Assembly: GCA_030646915.1 (NCBI GenBank)
Contig: JAUSKT010000021.1
Location: 19,707 to 83,706 of the forward strand
Direction: 5' to 3'
Origin: a bacterium
GTDB taxonomy: Bacteria > Patescibacteriota > Minisyncoccia > UBA6257 > 02-FULL-45-10c
DNA: 64,000 nucleotides
Shown here: positions 1 through 8,885 of the stretch, piece by piece
Layout of the letters: every line of letters begins with the position of its first letter
Numbering within the stretch: position 1 is the stretch's first letter
Made by a program: the position numbers and the translations under genes
The notes under the pieces: model-generated
Told to the model about the DNA's origin: nothing
The model's database searches: none
What the model saw: the letters and a program-made list of their open reading frames with translations, nothing else

Positions 1-295
1 GCTTTTCTTCAATGTCATCAAGAATATCAATATTATCGATAGAATTTAAATTTATTTTTAAATGTTTATTTAAAATAGGAAGATCAAACCGATTGATGCT
101 GAAGCCGATGATTAATCCGGTATTTTGAAGCAGAGTTTTTAATTTATCCAGCTCGTGTTCAAAAAAAGATAAATAAGCACCTTGCTTATAAGAATAAACG
201 CCGACAAAAGAAATTTTTAAATCAGTTAAATATTCCTGCCCGCCAACGTCAGCAAAAGAATTTTTAGTTTCTATATCTATGACTAATTTATCCAT
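1..295 (-). CDS. DEDD-type 3'-5' exonuclease-like protein (N-terminal part; continues beyond window start)
   Basis: Reverse-complement of 236-295 reads MDKLVIDIETKNSFADVGGQEYLTDLKISFVGVYSYKQGAYLSFFEHELDKL. VIDIET is an Exo I-type motif. The ORF is not in the supplied track because it runs off the edge. Confidence 0.5.
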   Translation of the reverse strand, partial: MDKLVIDIETKNSFADVGGQEYLTDLKISFVGVYSYKQGAYLSFFEHELDKLKTLLQNTGLIIGFSINRFDLPILNKHLKINLNSIDNIDILDDIEEK

Positions 296-404
296 GCTAA
301 TTTTATATAATTTTCTAGCTAATTAATGTATCCCGACTAATGTCGGGATGTAGGTTTGGCAGCCAATCGCGCTACGCTTTCGGCTTGCGCTCTTGGGCCA
401 AGCC

Positions 405-887
405 CTACACATGCCGGTCTGCTACTTTACTTGCTGCATAGCTATTCGGCTTAGTTTTTGCTTCAAAGTTATTAGCTCGGACTACGCCGACTAATTCCTG
501 GATCATGGTCCGGGTTTCGCCGTTTTCTCCGATATCTACATGGATTTCAAATCCGCATTTTTCCAGCCCGGCATCTTTTAAAATATTTACTAATCCTTTG
601 CTGATTTCTAAAGATAATAAAACTTCCTGCCACATCCGGTCGCGAAGAGTGTGAATTTCAGTTTTTTCAATATGGCGCCAAAAATACCGTCCGCCATTGC
701 CAACGCGCTGGACTACGATAGCGGTTACAAAATCCGCTTTATCTCCTGGCCGTTTTTCTGAGTCTGTTCCAACGATGATTTTATATTCCCGCTTAGGATC
801 GGCATTGATATATTCAGAGATTGTCTGGACAATTTGAGCTGGATTTAGTTTCAATCCAAATGAACTATTAAATAAATACTTTTCCAT
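405..887 (-). CDS. DUF458/YkuK-like protein (predicted RNase H-fold)
   Basis: 160-aa ORF with a GTDS motif (IIVGTDSEK) and a size typical of the YkuK family. Family assignment is from memory. Confidence 0.5.
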   Translation of the reverse strand: MEKYLFNSSFGLKLNPAQIVQTISEYINADPKREYKIIVGTDSEKRPGDKADFVTAIVVQRVGNGGRYFWRHIEKTEIHTLRDRMWQEVLLSLEISKGLVNILKDAGLEKCGFEIHVDIGENGETRTMIQELVGVVRANNFEAKTKPNSYAASKVADRHV

Positions 888-947
888 TTGCTAGTTAGAG
901 TAGCTTATTTTCATTCATATTTCAAGTTACTATATAATAGTAATAAT

Positions 948-2153
948 ATGCAGAGATATTATTTTGATTATGCGGCGGGTACGCCGGTAGATCCGATTGT
1001 GGAAAAAGCCATGCGTCCGTATTGGGCGGAAAAATCCGGAAATCCCGGATCACTTCATTTTTTCGGCCAAGAAGCATCTGCTGGAGTTTTTAATGCGCGC
1101 GATACGATAGCAAAAGCCTTAGGATGCAATTATAAGGAAGTTATTTTTACTGGCTCTGCAACGGAGGCGAATAATTTGGCGGTCAGGGGAGTTGTAAGAA
1201 GCTTCAGGCTTAAATTTCCAGGTATTAAGCCGAAAATTATAGTTTCAACAATTGAACATGAATCAGTTTTAGAAACTGCAAGAGACCTAGAAAGAGATGG
1301 TGTGGAAGTAGTTTATTTGCCAGTAGATAAAAATGGATTGGTGGATTTAAAGAAGTTAAAAGACGCACTGGATGAGCGGACAATTTTGGTTTCAGTAATG
1401 TATGTGAATAATGAAGTTGGGAGTATTCAGCCAATTAAAATGATTTCAGACATGGTTAAGAATTTCCGCGGCAGCAATAATTATCCATTATTTCACACTG
1501 ACGCAGTCCAAGCTTTTAATTATTTGAATTGTAATGTGAATGATTTGGGGGTGGACTTACTTACGCTTTCTTCCCAAAAAATTTACGGGCCGAAAGGATG
1601 TGGACTTCTTTATATAAGAAGTCAAAAGTTAAATGTCAAAAGTCAAATGTTGGGGCGAAATTTTATTTCGCCGATCATAACTGGCGGTTCGGCTCAAGAA
1701 TACGGGCTTCGCGCCGGAACGGAAAACGTGCCGGCAATTGTCGGATTTGGAAAAGCCATAGAACTTGTCTCTAATTCGCGCGAATTAGAGAATAAGAGAT
1801 TAAGGAAACTGCAGGAATATTTTTTGGCGCAGATGAAAAAAATTGCGCCTAAGGCAAAATTAAATGGCCCGGAAAATTTAAAAAATCGCATTCCCAATAA
1901 TTTAAATTTTTATTTTCCATCCCGCGAAAACGAATCAGGAACAGCCCAAGATTTACTGATTAAATTGGATTTAGCCGGTTTTGCGGTTTCGCCAGGCGCG
2001 GCTTGCACTGCCCGCACTTGCCAGCCATCGCATGTGCTGAAAGCTATGGGCTATTCAGATGAGCGCGCCACCAGCAGTTTACGGTTTACTTTTGGCAGGC
2101 CGATTTTTAAGAGTGATATTGATAAATTATTAAATGAGATAAAGAAATTTTGA
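948..2153 (+). CDS. iscS: cysteine desulfurase (class V aminotransferase, IscS/NifS)
   Basis: YFDYAAGTPVDP; SSQKIYGPKGCGLLYIR; GLRAGTENVPAIVGFG; C-terminal PGAAC active-site cysteine loop. Start set at MQRYYFDY (948). Stop is TGA. Confidence 0.9.
   Translation: MQRYYFDYAAGTPVDPIVEKAMRPYWAEKSGNPGSLHFFGQEASAGVFNARDTIAKALGCNYKEVIFTGSATEANNLAVRGVVRSFRLKFPGIKPKIIVSTIEHESVLETARDLERDGVEVVYLPVDKNGLVDLKKLKDALDERTILVSVMYVNNEVGSIQPIKMISDMVKNFRGSNNYPLFHTDAVQAFNYLNCNVNDLGVDLLTLSSQKIYGPKGCGLLYIRSQKLNVKSQMLGRNFISPIITGGSAQEYGLRAGTENVPAIVGFGKAIELVSNSRELENKRLRKLQEYFLAQMKKIAPKAKLNGPENLKNRIPNNLNFYFPSRENESGTAQDLLIKLDLAGFAVSPGAACTARTCQPSHVLKAMGYSDERATSSLRFTFGRPIFKSDIDKLLNEIKKF
1621..1648 (+). repeat. 4 x heptamer block GTCAAAA GTTAAAT GTCAAAA GTCAAAT, in frame inside iscS (encodes KLNVKSQML)
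   Basis: Direct read of the sequence. It coincides with roughly 10 extra residues relative to the IscS/NifS sequences I recall (LYVRxxxxLEPxxHGGG). Confidence 0.8.
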
Positions 2154-2236
2154 TATGATCAAGATATTGGCGGATATGTTATATTTAAATAAGCTCGTAA
2201 TTAATAATTAAAAAGTCGTAAAAATAAAATAATCTT

Positions 2237-3208
2237 ATGAAGAAAATCATTATAAATAGTATTATTGCAGCCAGTTTGGTTGCAGGCAGCAATTTGGCAG
2301 TTTTTGCCCAGACTACAGCTAGTCCGTTAAAGGAGGCAGTAAAAGAGAGAACAGAAACCAAGAAAGAAGCAGTTACGGAAAAAAGAGAGGCGGTTAAAAC
2401 AGCAGTGGAAGAAAGGAATGTGGCGGTAAAAAATGCCCAAGAGCAGAGAAAAACTGCAGCCCAAGAAATTAAGATTGAAAGAAAAGACGCGGTAAAAGCC
2501 GTGACGGCGGAAAGGGAAGCGGCAATGAAAACCGTCAAAGAAGCTTTACAAAAAGCTAATGAAGAAAGGAAAGTAGTTCTAGAAAAAACTCGTGAGGAAT
2601 TTAAAGTTAAAATGGAGGCGGCTAAAACCGAATTTGAAAAAAAGCGGGAAGCAGCTAAAACAGAATTAAAAACTCGGCTGGAAAAAGTTAAAGATGAAAA
2701 GAAAAAAGCAACAGTAGAAAGATTAGATAATCGATTTACAGAAATCAATACTAAGGAAACTAACCATTTATTAAATACCTTAACTCGTTTAGAGGAATTG
2801 CTTGGAAAAGTTTCTGCGCGAGCTGATAAAGCTGCTTCTAATGGCAAGGACGTTTCCGTAACAAGAACAGCGGTAGAAAAAGCTAAAACTTCCATTGCTT
2901 CAGCAAGAACTGCTTTGGAAGCTCAATTAAAGAAAACTTATCCAATCCAGATTAACGATGAAGCGCAATTAAAATCTGCAGTCGCAGCTGCCCGGGAAGC
3001 TTTAAATAAAGATTTGAAAGCTGCCAGGGAATTAGTAAGAACTGCGCATAAAGCAGTAGTGGATGCCACTAGGAATTTAAAAGCAGTTCCAGAAGTTAAT
3101 AAAGAGCCGGAAACAACGGCTGCCGTTACTGAAACAACTGCGCCAGCCCCAACGACAGAATCTTCAGCTGAAACCGAGTCGACAACAGAAACCTCAACTA
3201 ATAATTAA
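2237..3208 (+). CDS. secreted Lys/Glu/Ala-rich coiled-coil repeat protein with Thr/Ser/Glu-rich C-terminal tail
   Basis: Signal peptide MKKIIINSIIAASLVAGSNLAVFAQ. Repeated EAVKE/REAVK amphipathic segments. TTESSAETESTTETSTNN tail. Confidence 0.7.
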   Translation: MKKIIINSIIAASLVAGSNLAVFAQTTASPLKEAVKERTETKKEAVTEKREAVKTAVEERNVAVKNAQEQRKTAAQEIKIERKDAVKAVTAEREAAMKTVKEALQKANEERKVVLEKTREEFKVKMEAAKTEFEKKREAAKTELKTRLEKVKDEKKKATVERLDNRFTEINTKETNHLLNTLTRLEELLGKVSARADKAASNGKDVSVTRTAVEKAKTSIASARTALEAQLKKTYPIQINDEAQLKSAVAAAREALNKDLKAARELVRTAHKAVVDATRNLKAVPEVNKEPETTAAVTETTAPAPTTESSAETESTTETSTNN

Positions 3209-3219
3209 TCAAAAATAAT

Positions 3220-3453
3220 ATGGAACAAAATTCTTCAAAAACTTTAGTTTTGGCAGTAGTCGGAGTAGTTGTATTGGTAGTTGGCGCTTGGTTATTGATG
3301 GGATCCAGGCAGGCGGCAGCTCCGGAAATTTCTGGACCGGCTTTAAGCCAGGAAGATACCACTTCTGCAATTGAAGCAGAATTGGATGCAACGGACTTCG
3401 GAAATTTAGAAGCCGAACTCCAGGCAACTGACGCAGATTTAAATAGTTTGTAG
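3220..3453 (+). CDS. small single-pass membrane protein with acidic C-terminal tail
   Basis: LVLAVVGVVVLVVGAWLLMG transmembrane segment. Followed directly by an intrinsic terminator. Confidence 0.5.
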   Translation: MEQNSSKTLVLAVVGVVVLVVGAWLLMGSRQAAAPEISGPALSQEDTTSAIEAELDATDFGNLEAELQATDADLNSL

Positions 3454-3460
3454 AAAATAA

Positions 3461-3492
3461 AAAAACCACCAACTTGTTTGGTGGTTTTTTTA
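3461..3492 (+). terminator. rho-independent terminator
   Basis: aaaaaaaccaccaacttgtttggtggttttttta: stem accaccaa/ttggtggt followed by a U-run. Confidence 0.8.
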
Positions 3493-3510
3493 TATGCTCA
3501 ATGTAGGAAA

Positions 3511-3620
3511 ACCACGGCCTTTAGGCCGTGGATAGTTGGCATATTCGGCACTACACCTAGGTGTAGTGCCGGGCAAGCGAAGCTTGAAATATAAAGAAAC
3601 CCCGGCCTTCAGGCTGGGGA
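3511..3620. ncRNA. three tandem perfect GC-rich hairpins (candidate structured sRNA or REP-like array)
   Basis: ccacggcc-ttta-ggccgtgg (3511-3530); ggcactacac-ctag-gtgtagtgcc (3549-3572); ccccggcc-ttca-ggctgggg (3601-3620). Sits in an AT-rich intergenic region. Confidence 0.3.
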
Positions 3621-3683
3621 GTTTCATTTGCATTTTTTGAAGATCATGTTAATCTCTTAACAGAAATAAAAGTTTCAAGATCA

Positions 3684-3971
3684 TTGAAAAACGGGGCAAG
3701 AATGGAAAAAGTGTTCAAGACGTCTAATATGGTTAAAAAAATGAAACCAGTTTGGGCAGGCTTTATTATTAGTTTGGGTTATACAAAGAGACAAGGAAAA
3801 GCATTCGCTGAAGGATATGCTGCTGGAGTTGCTAAATTGCCAATTTTGGGCAAACTTAAGGCATTAGAAAATCAGGATGATCGCTGTATGAAAGTAGGTT
3901 TTAAAGCCTCTGGCATTAATGAAGAAGAGGCCTTAAAAAGATTTAATAGTAAACAACACCGTTCAATTTGA
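3684..3971 (+). CDS. hypothetical small protein
   Basis: 95-aa ORF with no recognisable motifs. An alternative start is MEKVFK at 3702. Confidence 0.3.
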   Translation: MKNGARMEKVFKTSNMVKKMKPVWAGFIISLGYTKRQGKAFAEGYAAGVAKLPILGKLKALENQDDRCMKVGFKASGINEEEALKRFNSKQHRSI

Positions 3972-3984
3972 GCGGTTTTTTGTT

Positions 3985-4011
3985 TTAGCACTCGGGTTGA
4001 CAGAGTGCTAA
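3985..4011 (+). promoter_or_regulatory. CIRCE operator (HrcA binding site), perfect match TTAGCACTC-N9-GAGTGCTAA
   Basis: ttagcactc gggttgaca gagtgctaa read directly from the sequence. It overlaps the -35 of the clpB promoter. Confidence 0.85.
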
Positions 4012-4026
4012 AACGTCTGCTATAAT
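3997..4026 (+). promoter_or_regulatory. sigma70-type promoter: TTGACA, 18-nt spacer, TATAAT (upstream of clpB)
   Basis: Consensus -35 (3997-4002) and -10 (4021-4026) hexamers. Confidence 0.7.
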
Positions 4027-4052
4027 GTAAATGTTATAATAAAAGTAATGAA

Positions 4053-4156
4053 TCCCGTTAGAAAATTAATAAATATGTTTAATAATAACCAAAATTTTAT
4101 AGAGCAGTATCGGAAATCTTCAGTCGGCAAGACGTTTAATTTAATTTTCTAACGGG
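4053..4156 (+). promoter_or_regulatory. clpB leader bracketed by a 16-nt inverted repeat atcccgttagaaaatt ... aattttctaacgggat; the right arm ends at the ATG
   Basis: Perfect inverted arms at 4053-4068 and 4141-4156. Same arm sequence as the hairpin at 8548-8599. Confidence 0.5.
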
Positions 4157-6820
4157 ATGAAGAACTTTAACCGTTTTACGATTAAAGCCCAGGAAGCTCT
4201 TCAAAATGCGCAGGATTTAGCGAGCCAAAAAAATCACGGTGAATTTAAGGCCCTGCATCTTTTGTCTGCTTTAATTTCCGATGAACAATCTTTAGTCCGC
4301 CCGCTTTTAACCCATTCCGGGGTGGATTTGGAAAAATTAGACGGGACAATTGAAGAAGAACTGAAAAAACTTCCAAAGATTTTTACAACCGCGACTGTCG
4401 GCCAGCTTTATTTATCCCAGGAATTGATGCAGGTGCTTGATAAGGCGGCAAAAATCGCCCAAATGCAAAAAGATGAATTTATTTCCTGTGAGCATTTGCT
4501 TTTAGGAATCTTGGAAACTTCATCCGCGGCCCAAATTTTATTGGAGCGGGCAGGTTTTCGCCGGGAGACCGCGCTTCGGAATTTAGCCCAGCTCCGCGGT
4601 TCAACTCGGGTTACTGATGAGACTCCGGAAAGTAAATTCCAAGTTTTGGATAAATATGCGATTAATCTTACTGATCAGGCTCGAGATGGGAAATTAGATC
4701 CGGTTATCGGCAGAGATGAAGAATTGCGGAGAGTAATTCAGGTTTTATCCCGCCGGACAAAAAACAACCCGATTTTAATTGGGGAACCGGGCGTGGGAAA
4801 AACCGCGATTGTTGAGGGTTTGGCGCAGAGAATTGTTTCCGGAGACGTGCCAGAACCGCTTAAAAATAAAGAAATTATAATGCTTGATTTAGGGTCGCTT
4901 ATTGCCGGAACTAAGTTTCGTGGTGAATTTGAAGACCGACTGAAAGCTTTTATAAAAGAAATCCAGAATTCCGCCGGCAGACTGATTCTTTTTATAGATG
5001 AGATACATATGATAGTAGGCGCTGGCGCAGCCGAGGGGGCAATTGACGCTTCTAATTTATTAAAGCCGGCATTGGCGCGAGGCGAACTTCACGCGATTGG
5101 CGCGACAACTTTAAAGGAATATCAAAAGCATTTTGAAAAAGATATGGCCTTAGTCCGGCGTTTCCAGCCGATTTTCGTGGAAGAGCCTTCATTGGAAGAC
5201 AGTGTTACTATTTTACGCGGATTGAAAGAAAAATATGAAATTCATCATGGTCTTAGAATCAGCGACGAAGCGCTTATAGCGGCCGTGAATTTATCGGCTC
5301 GTTATATTTCCGACCGATTTTTGCCCGATAAAGCAGTGGATTTAATTGATGAGGCATCGGCTGCCCGAAGATTAGAAACAGAAAGCTTGCCTTCAGAAAT
5401 TGATAAGATTCGAAGAGAACTTACTAGTTTGGAAGTGGAAAAATCGGCTTTAAATAAAGAGACTAATCCGAAAAGCAAAAAACGGCTGAAAGAAATAGCA
5501 AAAGCAATTATAGAATTAAAAGAAAAGAATGATGAACTTTCCGCCCAATGGCATGCGGAAAAACTGGCTTTTGAGAATTTGCATAATTTGCGGAAGAAAA
5601 TTGAAGATTTAAAGCGGGAAGTGGAAGTGGCGGAGCGGGAAGGGAATTTGGAGCGGGTAGCGCAGATTTTTTATGGCCAGTTGCCATTAGCGGAAAAAGA
5701 TTTTAATAATTTTGAGAAAAAATATTTTATTAAAAGCCAAAAGTCCCTGGCTGGGCAGATAAAATCTAAAAAAGATAAATTTTTGAAGGAATCGGTTGAT
5801 GAAGAAGATATTGCTTCTGTTGTTTCCCGCTGGACCGGCATTCCGGTTACTAAAATGCTTGAATCTGAAGGAGAAAAGCTAATGAAAATTGATGAAGTGC
5901 TTTCTAAAAGAGTAATCGGCCAAAAAGAAGGAATTTCTGCGGTTTCTAACGCCTTAAGGCGGGCACGAGCCGGGCTTTCGGATGAAAATCGGCCGCTTGG
6001 ATCTTTTATGTTTCTCGGCCCTACCGGAGTCGGCAAGACTGAACTCGCTAAAACTTTGGCGGAATTTATGTTTAATGATGAAAAAGCTTTAGTGAGGATT
6101 GATATGTCGGAATATATGGAAAAATATTCGGTATCCCGATTAATCGGTTCTCCTCCCGGATATGTCGGTTATGAAGAAGGCGGACAATTAACCGAGATAG
6201 TCCGCCATCGGCCGTATAGCTTGATTCTTTTTGATGAAATTGAGAAAGCCAATCCGGAAGTGTTCAATATTCTCTTACAAGTACTGGATAACGGCAGATT
6301 AACCGATGGAAAGGGCAGAGTAGTGAATTTCAAAAATACTATTATTATCATGACTTCTAATGTCGGCGGCCACTATATAAAGGAAATGGCTAATTTGGGA
6401 TTTGCTTCCGGGATTGAAGACGGCAATCGGGAAATGGAGGCTAGCCGCTTTAAAGAAAAAGTCCACGAGGAATTAAAAGAACGTTTCCGGCCGGAATTTT
6501 TAAACCGGATAGACGACATAATTATTTTTAATCCTCTTAAAAAGAGCGATATTGGGTTGATTATTGACAAGCAGATTGAAGAGGTAAGGCTAAAAGTGGA
6601 AAGCAAGGGAATGAAATTAATCATTGATTCTTCGGTTAAAAATTACCTGATTGAGCATGGCTATAGCGCGGAATATGGCGCCCGTCCGATTAAACGCTTG
6701 ATTCAAAAAACCATTCTCGATAAAATGGCCGATAAGATGATTAAGGGAGAGCTTAAACATGGTGGAAAAGTTAAAATTAGTTTTTCAAAATCACCGGAGC
6801 CAGTTATTGCTGTATCTTAA
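4157..6820 (+). CDS. clpB: ATP-dependent chaperone ClpB (two AAA+ modules with a coiled-coil middle domain)
   Basis: Clp N-domain; Walker A GEPGVGKT and GPTGVGKT; long coiled-coil insert; 887 aa. Confidence 0.97.
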   Translation: MKNFNRFTIKAQEALQNAQDLASQKNHGEFKALHLLSALISDEQSLVRPLLTHSGVDLEKLDGTIEEELKKLPKIFTTATVGQLYLSQELMQVLDKAAKIAQMQKDEFISCEHLLLGILETSSAAQILLERAGFRRETALRNLAQLRGSTRVTDETPESKFQVLDKYAINLTDQARDGKLDPVIGRDEELRRVIQVLSRRTKNNPILIGEPGVGKTAIVEGLAQRIVSGDVPEPLKNKEIIMLDLGSLIAGTKFRGEFEDRLKAFIKEIQNSAGRLILFIDEIHMIVGAGAAEGAIDASNLLKPALARGELHAIGATTLKEYQKHFEKDMALVRRFQPIFVEEPSLEDSVTILRGLKEKYEIHHGLRISDEALIAAVNLSARYISDRFLPDKAVDLIDEASAARRLETESLPSEIDKIRRELTSLEVEKSALNKETNPKSKKRLKEIAKAIIELKEKNDELSAQWHAEKLAFENLHNLRKKIEDLKREVEVAEREGNLERVAQIFYGQLPLAEKDFNNFEKKYFIKSQKSLAGQIKSKKDKFLKESVDEEDIASVVSRWTGIPVTKMLESEGEKLMKIDEVLSKRVIGQKEGISAVSNALRRARAGLSDENRPLGSFMFLGPTGVGKTELAKTLAEFMFNDEKALVRIDMSEYMEKYSVSRLIGSPPGYVGYEEGGQLTEIVRHRPYSLILFDEIEKANPEVFNILLQVLDNGRLTDGKGRVVNFKNTIIIMTSNVGGHYIKEMANLGFASGIEDGNREMEASRFKEKVHEELKERFRPEFLNRIDDIIIFNPLKKSDIGLIIDKQIEEVRLKVESKGMKLIIDSSVKNYLIEHGYSAEYGARPIKRLIQKTILDKMADKMIKGELKHGGKVKISFSKSPEPVIAVS

Positions 6821-7514
6821 AACGCTTATTTTCAGCCTGGTCTTGCTGATAGTTTTTTTAGGCAACTTTAATTTTATTTATATAGGGTTATTTGTTTTGA
6901 CGGCGTTTTTCCTTTATGCCCGCCCGCTTTTTGAGCATTACTATAATATTTATTCCTTTTTGATTTTAATCGCGGTTGCTCTTTTGGGGGTCTGGTCCGC
7001 GGCTGGATCTTCCTTGGTCTGGCTGAATTGGATTATTTTTTCCTGCCTTTTTTATCTTATTTTAGGAATTAAAGATTATCTTTTTATAAAAAGAAGCCGG
7101 CTTTATTATTCAGCGGCTCTGGTTTTGTCCTATTATATTTTTACCCTGTTTTTTTTATCGGATAAATCAGATTGGTTTTTATTGAAATATGGTTTGGCAG
7201 TTTTGGCGGTTTTTTTATTAATTCGCGAGTGGCTTGCCATTTTAACCAGCTTTAATTTTCCAAAAAGGGAATTACTAGCCGCTTCTGTCGCCGCTTTTTT
7301 GATGGCCCAAATTTTATGGGGCATTGCGCTTTTGCCTATTGGTTTTATTAATTCCGCTAATTTCGCGCTTTTATCCTTTTTTATAATCGGCGAATTTTTA
7401 TATAAGCATTTTACCGGCGGAATTTCCAAAGAATTTTTATGGCAGCATGCGGCCTTATTCATATTTTTATCGGCAATTATTTTTTGGACTTCTAATTGGA
7501 GCTTGAGTTTTTAA
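6759..7514 (+). CDS. hypothetical polytopic membrane protein
   Basis: Multiple hydrophobic helices. The ATG start overlaps the clpB 3' end by 62 nt, so the true start is uncertain. Confidence 0.5.
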   Translation: MVEKLKLVFQNHRSQLLLYLKTLIFSLVLLIVFLGNFNFIYIGLFVLTAFFLYARPLFEHYYNIYSFLILIAVALLGVWSAAGSSLVWLNWIIFSCLFYLILGIKDYLFIKRSRLYYSAALVLSYYIFTLFFLSDKSDWFLLKYGLAVLAVFLLIREWLAILTSFNFPKRELLAASVAAFLMAQILWGIALLPIGFINSANFALLSFFIIGEFLYKHFTGGISKEFLWQHAALFIFLSAIIFWTSNWSLSF

Positions 7515-7530
7515 CTTAACAATTTTTATT

Positions 7531-7559
7531 AACCGCTATTAAGCGGTTTTTTCTTTTTT
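7531..7559 (+). terminator. rho-independent terminator
   Basis: aaccgct-att-aagcggtt followed by a T-run. Confidence 0.75.
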
Positions 7560-7570
7560 AAAATCTAATA

Positions 7571-7773
7571 AAGCGAGTTTTTATTTACTTGAGAACATTG
7601 CGTAGGAATAGTTACAAAAATTTAAGCGAGCAGTCATCCCTACGGGAGATCTCTCGAAGGGAGAGAAAAATTCCGGGATACCCAGGAGGAATGACTAGGG
7701 TAGAATTTTTCCGTTAAGCGAGCGAATTATTTTTGTCTATTCTGAAGCAGCGTTCAAAAGAAATAAGAAGCGA
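7571..7773 (+). promoter_or_regulatory. four spaced AAGCGAG boxes (7571, 7624, 7706, 7767) plus a TTGACA(7783)-N17 promoter-like element upstream of the wHTH gene
   Basis: The heptamer is repeated four times within a 260-nt intergenic region. The inner segment 7630-7690 is GC-rich and partly self-complementary. Confidence 0.3.
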
Positions 7774-7818
7774 GCTAAAAGTTGACACATAGTTGAGGAT
7801 TGTAATAAAATAATCCCT

Positions 7819-8535
7819 ATGTCGCCTGATTTTGTGAAACAAAAAGCTCGTGAAATTTCTTACGCCCTTTTGAGGGTGGCTTTTTATATAAAGAGGGTAG
7901 AATTCCGATCCCGTTTGGAAGTTTTAGCAGTAGAGCTTTTAGAAAATGCTTCAAGGATAAGCGTTGATGCTAGTTTAGAAAATACCAATAAGGCCGTGGA
8001 AACAGTTTCGGTCTTAGATGGATTAATCCGTTTGGCGCACTCTATTTATGAAATAGAACCGGTGAACGCGACTATATTAGTTAGAGAATTAGATGGTCTT
8101 AGTTCGGCAATTCGGCAAGTATCGGAAAATTCTCAAAATCAATCCGGCAACCCAGTCTTTAATTCTGAATTGCCGAATTTGGAGAGCTTATTTTCTAAGG
8201 TTCCAGTAGCCGTTACTTCTTCAGTTAAACCGGTTTCTAGTTATGAAACTGTAAATTTGAATTCTTTTGAGAATAATCAGGAACCGACCTTATCAGATAA
8301 TAAGGCAAACGGCAACGGTAATAGTTTAAATACGGCAATTCGGCAATCGGCAATTATAAATAGGGTTAGATCCGGCAATGGGAATGGTTGTCGGTTAAAA
8401 GAATTAATTACAGATTTTTCCGATGTTAGCGAAAGAACCCTAAGATATGACCTCCAAAGGCTTTGTGATCAGGGCGTTATAGAAAGGGTGGGTAATGGGG
8501 GACCAGCCAGCTATTATAGGTATAAGAAGGAATAA
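7819..8535 (+). CDS. putative transcription regulator with C-terminal DeoR-type winged HTH
   Basis: C-terminal SERTLRYDLQRLCDQGVIERVGNGG matches the DeoR HTH pattern S-RT-R-DL--L---G-I-R--GG. Helical N-terminal domain. NGNG low-complexity linker. Confidence 0.55.
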   Translation: MSPDFVKQKAREISYALLRVAFYIKRVEFRSRLEVLAVELLENASRISVDASLENTNKAVETVSVLDGLIRLAHSIYEIEPVNATILVRELDGLSSAIRQVSENSQNQSGNPVFNSELPNLESLFSKVPVAVTSSVKPVSSYETVNLNSFENNQEPTLSDNKANGNGNSLNTAIRQSAIINRVRSGNGNGCRLKELITDFSDVSERTLRYDLQRLCDQGVIERVGNGGPASYYRYKKE

Positions 8536-8547
8536 GTCAGTAGATCA

Positions 8548-8599
8548 GTTGGGTGTAATCCCGTTAGAGGCAGCGAGGGCTCGCAGCTCGCCTCGGCCT
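8548..8599 (+). terminator. long perfect hairpin atcccgttagaggc...gcctctaacgggat with no U-run
   Basis: 14-bp perfect arms around a self-complementary 24-nt interior. Lies directly after the stop of the wHTH gene. Confidence 0.4.
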
Positions 8600-8860
8600 C
8601 TAACGGGATGTAATAAAAATAGGGCAATTTCGTTATATATTAGGTACCCCTTGAAAAGCCTATGAGTGTGTGATAAATTAGACACTTATCCACATAAGCA
8701 GATTTTGATGGGTATAAAATTCGTAGTAAAATAAACATATAGATTAAGATTCAGAAGTGAGGCTGAATCCAATCGATATCGCAGTTATTGTTATTTTGCG
8801 ATATTGGAATTATTAGCTTCACCGCCATTTGGCGGTTGTTGCTTTAATAGGATTCTTTTG

Positions 8861-8885
8861 CCTCGCTCACAGCGAGTTTTTTCTT
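8861..8885 (+). terminator. terminator-like hairpin ctcgct-cac-agcgag followed by a T-run, inside the long leader of the surface-protein gene
   Basis: Stem plus ttttttcttt. Could terminate a short transcript or act as an attenuator. Confidence 0.35.

Noticed and set aside
888-947. Upstream extension of iscS to 888 (MLVRVAYFHSYF...).
   Set aside because: The extension starts at the stop of the divergent gene and encodes low-complexity sequence. The conserved IscS N-terminus begins at MQRYYFDY (948).
1237-1434. Many short antisense or out-of-frame ORFs in the track (for example 1237-1434, 1694-1897, 5671-6036, 6169-6351, 6373-6624, 7133-7462, 10601-10930, 23564-23875, 51670-52065 and 57017-57214).
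   Set aside because: They lie fully inside well-supported longer genes on the other strand or in another frame, have low-complexity translations and lack start context. Treated as shadow ORFs.
2185-2895. 236-aa minus-strand ORF opposite the coiled-coil protein gene.
   Set aside because: It is a mirror ORF produced by the Lys/Glu/Ala-rich repeat; the plus-strand ORF has a signal peptide and coherent repeats.
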